Positions 1-7,308 of a stretch of 24,602 bases of DNA are shown here, in pieces. Source of the DNA: a virus. Lineage: Duplodnaviria > Caudoviricetes. The position numbers and the translations under genes are program-made. The notes beneath the pieces are model-generated. The model made no database searches. It worked only from the letters and a program-made list of their open reading frames with translations, and was not told where the DNA came from. Each line of letters starts with the position of its first letter. Position 1 is the stretch's first letter. Location of the stretch: the IMG/VR virus record IMGVR_UViG_3300022178_000749, positions 1 through 24,602 of that record; one strand, given 5' to 3'.

Positions 1-473
1 AATTCGTTACCTTCTTCAATTTCACTATCATCAGTTTCATTGATTTCGTAATACTTTCCTAATGTTTCACCGATTTCATCATAAGATGATTCTAATCGTT
101 GTTGTAGTGTTGCAACTTCTCTTAAAGTTTTTTCAAATATTTTGAATGATTCATTCATTCTCTTTACGTGTCTACTAACAGTAATACCATCAAATGAACC
201 TTCAGTTTCTTTAACCATATTTTTACCAGCAACTTCTACCAACCCTCTGATTGATTCGTATACTTCAGATAACCCTTCGTTTCTATATACAGTTTCACCA
301 AATGATTTGTATGCTTTAACTGCTTCTAAGAATGCATGTTTTTGTTCTGTAGTCATCTCTGAGGATTCTTCATCTTCGTTTTCTTTAACGAATGATTTAG
401 CGTATGGGTCAGAATAAACTTTACCTAACTGTGGGTTGATAGTTTCATTCAGTAAATCTTTTAGTTTTTTCAT
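1..473 (-). CDS. Hypothetical acidic, probably prohead-associated protein (3' end outside window; absent from ORF track)
   Basis: Manual translation from ATG at 473: MKKLKDLLNETINPQLGKVYSDPYAKSFVKENEDEESSEMTTEQKHAFLEAVKAY...YYEINETDDSEIEEGNE, open to position 1. TAAGGA SD-like sequence upstream. Directly follows the prohead protease. Confidence 0.85.
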   Translation of the reverse strand, partial: MKKLKDLLNETINPQLGKVYSDPYAKSFVKENEDEESSEMTTEQKHAFLEAVKAYKSFGETVYRNEGLSEVYESIRGLVEVAGKNMVKETEGSFDGITVSRHVKRMNESFKIFEKTLREVATLQQRLESSYDEIGETLGKYYEINETDDSEIEEGNE

Positions 474-482
474 GTGATATCC

Positions 483-1100
483 TTAAATTGAACAAACACC
501 ATCTATTTCACAGATGATATCTCTTACTAATGTATTAATTTTTTTATATGATGGTGTTTTGCCTTTACCTACTACTGATTCGTTCATTGGTCTCATAAAT
601 GCACCATGTGTTGATGGATTTGAAACAAAGTCCCAGCATATCAAATCAAAGTCATCTTCCACAGTAACAGATTTACCATTACTTGCTTCTTTTACAGAAC
701 CCATACCTCTTGAAGAGATACCAACCGTACACCCTGCTTCTAAAAGCTCTTTGAGGATATTACCTGCTGGTGTTTTAAGTACTTCTACTTTACCCATTAC
801 ATCGTCACCCTTCCAATATACGTCTCTGATGATATGTGAAGTGTTTTTTAGTTCAACTACTGATGATTCTGGATGGTCTAATTCACCAAATGCTCTATTT
901 TCTTTGATTTCTCTACCTTTGTACTTATCCACTTCTCTTTCTAAGATTGAACGTGGATAAACTCTACCATTTTGGTTTTCTGCTTCCGCTCTCTGTAAAA
1001 CACCATTAACAATCAATCTACCATTGTTATCTTCCAATGATTCATTGATTTGAGTCTTACTCATTTTAAACGGAATAATATCTACTAATAGTCTACTCAT
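483..1100 (-). CDS. gp21: Prohead maturation protease, T4 gp21-like (peptidase S77 type)
   Basis: Motifs GVLQRAEAENQNGRVYP, GELDHP (His), GISSRGMGS (Ser) and DFVSNPST are typical of gp21 homologues. Lies downstream of the portal. Confidence 0.95.
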   Translation of the reverse strand: MSRLLVDIIPFKMSKTQINESLEDNNGRLIVNGVLQRAEAENQNGRVYPRSILEREVDKYKGREIKENRAFGELDHPESSVVELKNTSHIIRDVYWKGDDVMGKVEVLKTPAGNILKELLEAGCTVGISSRGMGSVKEASNGKSVTVEDDFDLICWDFVSNPSTHGAFMRPMNESVVGKGKTPSYKKINTLVRDIICEIDGVCSI

Positions 1101-1234
1101 TACTTATCCCAAACTTTTCGTTTTCTATATAAATCAAACATAATCTGTGCTACCTCATATCTAATAAGTAGACGAATATTTTCCAAATCTTTATTTGAAA
1201 GTTCTTCTTTTAATATTTTCTTTTTAGAAATCAT
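1100..1234 (-). CDS. Small 44-aa hypothetical protein (absent from ORF track)
   Basis: MISKKKILKEELSNKDLENIRLLIRYEVAQIMFDLYRKRKVWDK. Start overlaps the upstream stop (ATGA) and stop overlaps the protease start (TAATG), filling the gap exactly. Confidence 0.85.
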   Translation of the reverse strand: MISKKKILKEELSNKDLENIRLLIRYEVAQIMFDLYRKRKVWDK

Positions 1235-1719
1235 GCGGATAACTCTTTTAGGTTTCTAGCCACTTTTAGCATACGTTCTGAAATCTTACTGAATCGTCTC
1301 TGCGTTGATTCCCAATACTGACCATTGTGAACTCCTGCTTCTGTCTTTAATTTAGTATTTTGATTAACAATTCTTTCTAATTTAAACATCATACTATTAA
1401 TTTCTTTGATAGAATGATTGATTTTCTGATGTTGTTTTAGGTTTTCATCTTTCTTATATTCCTTATAAGAAATTTCGTTAATTTTATTTTCTAACTTACG
1501 TTCTAAAGATTCTAATTTTTTTGTATTCATTTTAGTTTCCTTTGACTTCTTCATACCTAACACTTCAATGTGGTCATCATCTAACTCATCTTCATCTTTA
1601 CTCTTTGAAAACGCATATGGGGTCTTAACGGGCCCTTCACCACCATCTAAGTTACCAGTTACATTGGCTTCTTCAATCTCATCAAACTTATCTTCGATTT
1701 CTTTTATGAAACTTTTCAT
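1231..1719 (-). CDS. Hypothetical protein, possible prohead core/scaffold component
   Basis: 162-aa ORF between portal and protease, overlapping both neighbours. Acidic N-terminus, helical/coiled-coil C-terminal half, IEE|A and INE|I motifs. Function inferred from position only. Confidence 0.75.
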   Translation of the reverse strand: MKSFIKEIEDKFDEIEEANVTGNLDGGEGPVKTPYAFSKSKDEDELDDDHIEVLGMKKSKETKMNTKKLESLERKLENKINEISYKEYKKDENLKQHQKINHSIKEINSMMFKLERIVNQNTKLKTEAGVHNGQYWESTQRRFSKISERMLKVARNLKELSA

Positions 1720-2564
1720 TTAAATGCCTTATTTAACTCATCGTATAATTCATAGTATCTGAGTAGTGATAAAACTTGTGATTCAGTTATTACTTTTGAT
1801 GATTTAAGTTTAGACGCCAATGAAATCACTTCATTAATTTTTATTTTAGTCACCTTGTCGGTAATATTTACTAATTTTAGTGATTTTTGTAATTCTGTTG
1901 TCTCTCTTATAACAAACTTCTTTAATTTTTCAGAGTTGTCAACTGAATTTATGTATTCTTTAAGAATACTACGTTGTTTGTCTGATAAATTTGTATATTT
2001 GTTGTTAAAATTCTCAACTAACATCTTCCACGCCAACAATCTAACTTCTTTTGGTTGTTTGGCGTAATCTTCATTGATTGTAGTTACAACTTTATCCGAA
2101 TTTTGTGATTTTCCAGTTAAATGTTCCAACAATGTTGATTTACATTCTACATATTGTTTTGGGTTATCTGAGTTTTTGTATTCAAATAACTTATACACCG
2201 ATGCGGTCTCTTTGTAGTTTGAAATTCTATACTTAAAGAAATCCTCTAATACAAAATTACTCTTAATATCTTTTATTAAGTTGTACTTTTGTTTATTTAG
2301 TGTAGACTCTGTAAGTTTACGTCTTTCATTAAGTATAATGTTAAGGAACTCACCTGCTTTATAATCAGAATTGAAAGATTCTTTGATAGCAGATTGGTAT
2401 AACTTTAATTCCTTTGCCAAATCAGTTTGTTTTCCAAAATGTTCTTTGATAATAGCAGTTGCTTTTGAATCTTTGTTGTTCAAAGTATCTGTCGCAATTT
2501 GACGTACTAACAATTCAAATAGAATGCCTGTATTTTTGTACTTACTATGTTTAATATTCTTCAT
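1716..2564 (-). CDS. Hypothetical helical protein in the head module
   Basis: 282-aa Lys/Leu-rich ORF directly downstream of the portal, with GAAGGA SD-like sequence and an upstream ATATTTATA motif. Confidence 0.8.
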   Translation of the reverse strand: MKNIKHSKYKNTGILFELLVRQIATDTLNNKDSKATAIIKEHFGKQTDLAKELKLYQSAIKESFNSDYKAGEFLNIILNERRKLTESTLNKQKYNLIKDIKSNFVLEDFFKYRISNYKETASVYKLFEYKNSDNPKQYVECKSTLLEHLTGKSQNSDKVVTTINEDYAKQPKEVRLLAWKMLVENFNNKYTNLSDKQRSILKEYINSVDNSEKLKKFVIRETTELQKSLKLVNITDKVTKIKINEVISLASKLKSSKVITESQVLSLLRYYELYDELNKAFK

Positions 2565-2605
2565 TAGTTCCTTCTATTTTTGACAAAGTAACCTATATAT
2601 TTGGT

Positions 2606-2614
2606 TATAAATAT
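2606..2614 (-). promoter_or_regulatory. Conserved ATATTTATA motif (candidate late promoter element)
   Basis: Intergenic, about 40 nt upstream of the ATG at 2564. One of six gene-proximal copies. Confidence 0.6.
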
Positions 2615-2615
2615 C

Positions 2616-4523
2616 CTATTTATCAAAATTCAATATGTTTTTCTCATCTAATAGTCCTGATTCTTTATTATTATCATCAGATTTGAGTGATTCAGTAATT
2701 ATCTTCTTAGTTTTTGTCTTATATTTCATTTTAGATAACATTGAATTGGTGACTTCTTTATTTAAAACTTCGTTCGCATTATACGAATGACCAGGTCTAT
2801 CCGCTTTTACTGAAATAGATTTATTTCCTAATGGGTCTCTACCAAATGGATTTTCGTCCGTTCCATAGTTACCACTTTCTTTAGGTCTACCTGCTCCTTC
2901 AAATCCACCTTCAGGTGCGCCACCTGTGTCTTCAACAGTTGGAAATCCTGCATTTGCTCCGCTATTATCATCAACTCCATCACCACTTTGTTGTAGTGTT
3001 GCTAAATCATGTGGAGTTCCGAATGATTCTCCAGTTTTGACTGGGTCATTACCTTCTGATTCGATTTGCTCATGTCTGAATCCCAATTTAATATCATTAA
3101 TAACTTTAAACTGCTCTTCTTTCCACTCATCATCTGACATATTGAAAATGTTTTTATACATCCATTCTTGTGATATCATTTTAAGGTCTTTCATATCAGA
3201 AACTAAAGATACTTTTTCAGACCAAAGGTTCGCCTTCTCTTGCTCATATATAATAGATGGTGTTGTTAACTCTAATTCAAAGTTTACTAATTCCTCATCT
3301 GTATATCCTTGTGAATATAAATGTACTACTGCAATTTTAGTTAGTTCTGAAAGAACAATCTTTTGGATTCTCTCTACCGACCTTGCAAATCTAATATCTT
3401 CTTGTGCCAATGTAGACTTACCCTCAACACCATCTTCAAATCCAATAAATGCTTTTGGAACTTTAAATGCAGCCAACATTTTATTCTTTAGATATTCAAT
3501 ATCATCAATACCGGTAAACTCCATACCACTTAATGTGTCTATCTCAGTACCACTTTGCCCACCTCTTACAGGTAAGTAATAATCCTCTAGCATATTCTGC
3601 ATATTGAATTTTAAGTTGTACTCACCAGTCGCTTCATCTACATATGGGACTTTCTTCATTTGGTCAATGATATTTGCCATGTACGAATCAACTTCTGCTG
3701 GTGGAATGTTTCCAATATCAATTTTAAAAACTCTTTTTTCAGGTGCTCTCATAATTCTATGAATAAGCATTGCATCTTCCATAAGTGTTAACTGTTTCCA
3801 AACCTTACGTGCACCTTCTAATAGTGACCGACCATATGGTAAAAAGTTTGTATCAGTTAATAATCTGAAATGTGCTACTTGAAATGATTCTAAAAACTTA
3901 GTATTGTTTCTTTGTGAAATTGCGTTTGTGTTTTGTTCTTCTATTTCAAATCTTACTGAATAAGGGTTATCTAAATCATAACCTTCTTCTCTTCTAGTTT
4001 CATATGCAGATAATGGTTGTGCGTTTACAACACCTAACTCATCATCAATATCTAAGTAAAGATAGTAATCGCCATATTTGTTCATACCCCTTACCCATGA
4101 CCATAAATTGAACTCAATATTCAATACATCGTAAAATAGGTTGTGTAGTGTTTTCTTTAATTTCTCATCAGATGATTTGATACGAAGTACATCACCCATA
4201 TCATTTTTTAGGGTAGTCTCATCTGAGTATATATCCAATATAGATGAAATAATGGAATCTTTATCCATTGCTTCATAATCAGTATATAGTTCTAATTTGT
4301 TTGAATGGTAGTTAAATCGTTCGTTGTATGTTTGCCAGTTCTTTCTTGAATTAGAACCATGTAGTCTACCATATCTATCATAATACGCAGAACCTCTGCG
4401 ATTACCATCAGACTGCATTCTTGCTGAATCGATTACTTTTATCTTATCCTTACCAACACGTCGCACAACGACTTGTGTTGAAAATAACTTAGAAAGTCGT
4501 TTGAATAATGATGTATCTGCCAT
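2616..4523 (-). CDS. gp20: Portal protein, T4 gp20-like
   Basis: Motifs EDAMLIHRIMRAPEKRVFKIDIGN, EDYYLP, GTEIDTLSG and EDIRFARSVERIQ. Lies between terminase and protease and has a low-complexity C-terminal tail. Confidence 0.95.
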   Translation of the reverse strand: MADTSLFKRLSKLFSTQVVVRRVGKDKIKVIDSARMQSDGNRRGSAYYDRYGRLHGSNSRKNWQTYNERFNYHSNKLELYTDYEAMDKDSIISSILDIYSDETTLKNDMGDVLRIKSSDEKLKKTLHNLFYDVLNIEFNLWSWVRGMNKYGDYYLYLDIDDELGVVNAQPLSAYETRREEGYDLDNPYSVRFEIEEQNTNAISQRNNTKFLESFQVAHFRLLTDTNFLPYGRSLLEGARKVWKQLTLMEDAMLIHRIMRAPEKRVFKIDIGNIPPAEVDSYMANIIDQMKKVPYVDEATGEYNLKFNMQNMLEDYYLPVRGGQSGTEIDTLSGMEFTGIDDIEYLKNKMLAAFKVPKAFIGFEDGVEGKSTLAQEDIRFARSVERIQKIVLSELTKIAVVHLYSQGYTDEELVNFELELTTPSIIYEQEKANLWSEKVSLVSDMKDLKMISQEWMYKNIFNMSDDEWKEEQFKVINDIKLGFRHEQIESEGNDPVKTGESFGTPHDLATLQQSGDGVDDNSGANAGFPTVEDTGGAPEGGFEGAGRPKESGNYGTDENPFGRDPLGNKSISVKADRPGHSYNANEVLNKEVTNSMLSKMKYKTKTKKIITESLKSDDNNKESGLLDEKNILNFDK

Positions 4524-4552
4524 AATTTACGTTTTACTTATTGTCTACAATC

Positions 4553-4561
4553 TATAAATAT
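4553..4561 (-). promoter_or_regulatory. Conserved ATATTTATA motif (candidate late promoter element)
   Basis: Intergenic, about 30 nt upstream of the portal ATG. Confidence 0.6.
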
Positions 4562-4606
4562 ACAAAAAATATTTTTAATATCCTAATTTTGTTTCATCTG
4601 AATTCG

Positions 4607-6178
4607 TTACAATAACCAACTGATGTCTTCGTCACCTCTACCTGTATTTAGTTTCCAAGAATTCTTAGCAGTACTTTGTCCTGTTTTAAAAACACCCGAT
4701 TGTTTTGCTGTTGCCGATAGTGCTCTTTTACTTAATTCAATTCCTTGTTGTCTCAATTTTAATGCAGTATCTCTAACCCATAATGCAGTTGAGAATGATA
4801 TTGTTAAATCATCATTATAACCACGCTGTGCTTCTGCTCTACTACCATTCCATATGAAAGTAAAAAGTTCATCAATTAATCGTTTAGAACGGATGATTGG
4901 AACTCTCTCCCTCATATAAGTATCTAATTTTGAGATAACCAATGGACGAGTTCTACTTGTCATTGAAAATCCTGGCACCATCTGAGATTTATCTTTTAAA
5001 TCATATCCCTTTTGTAAATGAACATCATCATCGACATACCCAAATTCTTTGTATGAATAATATAAGTTTGTATAGTTTCTATCAATTGCTTCTTGAATTA
5101 CTGCCCACCCAATGTTTGCGTTTTCAATTACTAATAATGCATCATTCCATTCAGTTGCAACGTTAACTAACATTCTACCGTAATCTTTGGTATCTATTTT
5201 ACCCTTATACTCTGCGACCTGTTCCATAGATTCTACATCTATAACGTGGAACGCTGAGTAATCAACACCATCACCTCTAGCGACATCTGCTACTACAATA
5301 TAATCTCTACTGTAGTTTGGTTGCTGCCATAACCAATAGTTTCCATCAAAACCACGCTTTTCAACTGGTTCTTGTACGTGAGTTTCTTCATACCATCGTA
5401 GTAATTCACCATCAACAACTGTATAACCAGATGAAATGAAATCACAATCACATTCTTGTGCTGCCATCTTTTCACCTAATAGTTGAGTTTGTTCTTTTCT
5501 CCACTTTTCAGTTCGTTCTGGATGTACAGTCCAATGTAATTTAATTGGATTCCACCCATCACCTTGCTCACCCTTTAACCATGTCTTATGAAAGAAGTTA
5601 CCAACACCATTCGGAGTTGATAATACAATTGCCTTACCACCAGTAGATAGTGTGGATTGGGATGATGCCCATATATCGTCAATACCTTTAATGAATGCAC
5701 CCTCGTCTATAATCAACATTGATAATGCTTCAGAACGACCTGCATCACCACTAGCTGATGTTGCTTTAATTGTTGAACCATTTCGTAATCGTAAGGATAG
5801 TTTGTTATCTTCTTCGGTATCACCCCTTAACCAACTCGGTAAGTTCTCATGCATATACCTAACTTTAGTAACTAAGTTTTTAGCTACCTCTTGTTTAGTT
5901 GCAATTACCAATATGTTTTTATCTTCGTGAAATAACATCATCCATAAAGAATAACCTGCGGATAATGTTGAGATACCTAACTGACGTGATTTAAGAATTA
6001 CATTGTATCGGTGGTTGTTAAACTCACCCATAACATCTTCTTGAAACGGATACAAATCAAAAAGAATTTTACCTCTCTTTGGGTGTTGTATATAACAATA
6101 TTTCTTAAAGAAGTAAACTGGGTCTTTAGCACATTTAATATACTCTTCTCTAATGAGTTCTTTTATAGATTGTGACAT
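4607..6178 (-). CDS. terL: Terminase large subunit, T4 gp17-like
   Basis: LYPFQ adenine-binding motif, Walker A KSRQLGIST, Walker B LIIDE, coupling motif STPNG, RNase H-like nuclease motifs ADVARGDGVD and NDDL. Confidence 0.96.
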   Translation of the reverse strand: MSQSIKELIREEYIKCAKDPVYFFKKYCYIQHPKRGKILFDLYPFQEDVMGEFNNHRYNVILKSRQLGISTLSAGYSLWMMLFHEDKNILVIATKQEVAKNLVTKVRYMHENLPSWLRGDTEEDNKLSLRLRNGSTIKATSASGDAGRSEALSMLIIDEGAFIKGIDDIWASSQSTLSTGGKAIVLSTPNGVGNFFHKTWLKGEQGDGWNPIKLHWTVHPERTEKWRKEQTQLLGEKMAAQECDCDFISSGYTVVDGELLRWYEETHVQEPVEKRGFDGNYWLWQQPNYSRDYIVVADVARGDGVDYSAFHVIDVESMEQVAEYKGKIDTKDYGRMLVNVATEWNDALLVIENANIGWAVIQEAIDRNYTNLYYSYKEFGYVDDDVHLQKGYDLKDKSQMVPGFSMTSRTRPLVISKLDTYMRERVPIIRSKRLIDELFTFIWNGSRAEAQRGYNDDLTISFSTALWVRDTALKLRQQGIELSKRALSATAKQSGVFKTGQSTAKNSWKLNTGRGDEDISWLL

Positions 6179-6183
6179 AAAAC

Positions 6184-6804
6184 TTATTTACCAATTTTCC
6201 ACATCATTCTAAATGAAATAATGGGTTGTAGATTTTGGTTAATACCTAACCCAGCTCCAATGACTTTTTTCTGTTTGCTTCTCCAAAGTAATTCACCCCC
6301 AATATAACTGAATTGATTTTGGTTACCTGCTAATCCGAATCCATAATAGAACTCATGTTTAGAAATTAATGAATCACGTTCTATGGTTGTAGTTGGAATA
6401 TAAATGTTTGGATTGATTTCTCTGAATATTATTTGGTTTTTTGATATAGTGTCATTAATTACTATATTACCCAATGAATCTAAATCTAATGTGTCTGTGT
6501 AAAAATACTTTGAGTAATAATCTTTTAGAATTGATAATGTATCGATGTCGGTGGGTATCGTATCGTGCTCTGTGACTATACGAGTTCTCCATTTTGGTAC
6601 ATATACTAAACTATCTATTTTTAAAGTATCCCATTTTGTTTCTATTTTAGTAATAACCGAACCTTCTGTCATAATCGGTTGTTTGTCTTTTTTAGGAAAC
6701 AAACTAAACCCCATAGATGGGCCAGAACATTGTTGCATTAGTATTATTATTACAATCAATACCAATATGATAATGTTCTTTATATTACTTAGAAATTCAT
6801 TCAT
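6184..6804 (-). CDS. Membrane-anchored/exported protein, possibly lysis- or envelope-related
   Basis: N-terminal hydrophobic helix (IIILVLIVIIILMQQC), repeated D(S/T)(L/I) motifs, and C-terminal amphipathic beta-strand-like segments. Confidence 0.7.
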   Translation of the reverse strand: MNEFLSNIKNIIILVLIVIIILMQQCSGPSMGFSLFPKKDKQPIMTEGSVITKIETKWDTLKIDSLVYVPKWRTRIVTEHDTIPTDIDTLSILKDYYSKYFYTDTLDLDSLGNIVINDTISKNQIIFREINPNIYIPTTTIERDSLISKHEFYYGFGLAGNQNQFSYIGGELLWRSKQKKVIGAGLGINQNLQPIISFRMMWKIGK

Positions 6805-7247
6805 TACTTTTTATGATGTAACTCATACACCTTATTAATCAATGCAGTCTTTGAAAGATTAGAATCTAATTTAATACCAAAGTCTTTTTTTGCTTGAAAT
6901 ATTAGTTCAACTTTTTTCATTGTTCGAAGAGAACTCTTTGTTACTTTTGTAGGTTTTTTACCTTTTCGTTTTGAACCACCTGCTGCTTTAGCCACATCAT
7001 CTATTTGGTTGATAACTTCAGATGTAGATTTTTTAACATCGTTAATTTCTTCTTTAACTCGTTTGACTCTACGCTTAACTTCTGATTTTACGGCTGAGAC
7101 ATCTTCTTTGATGTCATCTATTTTGTCCTCTACTACATCTGGAATAAAATCCCCATCTGTATCTTTTATTTTACCCATATATAGTAGTACTGAGTATATT
7201 CCCACTGCGATTACTACGATTCCTATGATAATTAATGCTATGTTCAT
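6804..7247 (-). CDS. Membrane protein with coiled coil and possible C-terminal Rho-N/HeH-like domain
   Basis: N-terminal TM helix, DTDGDFIPD motif, heptad-like region, and C-terminal LRTMKKVELIFQAKKDFGIKLDSNLSKTALINKV. TAATG coupling to the next gene. Confidence 0.7.
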   Translation of the reverse strand: MNIALIIIGIVVIAVGIYSVLLYMGKIKDTDGDFIPDVVEDKIDDIKEDVSAVKSEVKRRVKRVKEEINDVKKSTSEVINQIDDVAKAAGGSKRKGKKPTKVTKSSLRTMKKVELIFQAKKDFGIKLDSNLSKTALINKVYELHHKK

Positions 7248-7276
7248 AATTTAATGTTTTTAAATTTGTTTATAGT

Positions 7277-7285
7277 AATAAATAT
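7277..7285 (-). promoter_or_regulatory. Conserved ATATTTATT motif (candidate late promoter element)
   Basis: Intergenic, about 30 nt upstream of the ATG at 7247. Confidence 0.55.
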
Positions 7286-7308
7286 TAAATTATTTTTAAT
7301 AAACCCAA

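Noticed and set aside
4565-4576. Palindrome AAAAATATTTTT between terL and portal
   Set aside because: Pure A/T and expected by chance. No GC-rich intrinsic terminator was found in any gap.
5293-5475. 60-aa minus-strand ORF inside terL
   Set aside because: Alternative frame nested within a conserved gene, with no supporting signals.
6140-6178. TerL N-terminus MSQSIKELIREE as a capsid-targeting leader
   Set aside because: It resembles the leader but runs into the usual 'EY.KC..DP.YF' helix of gp17-like terminases, and terminase is not a capsid-internal protein. It also shows the leader motif can arise by chance.
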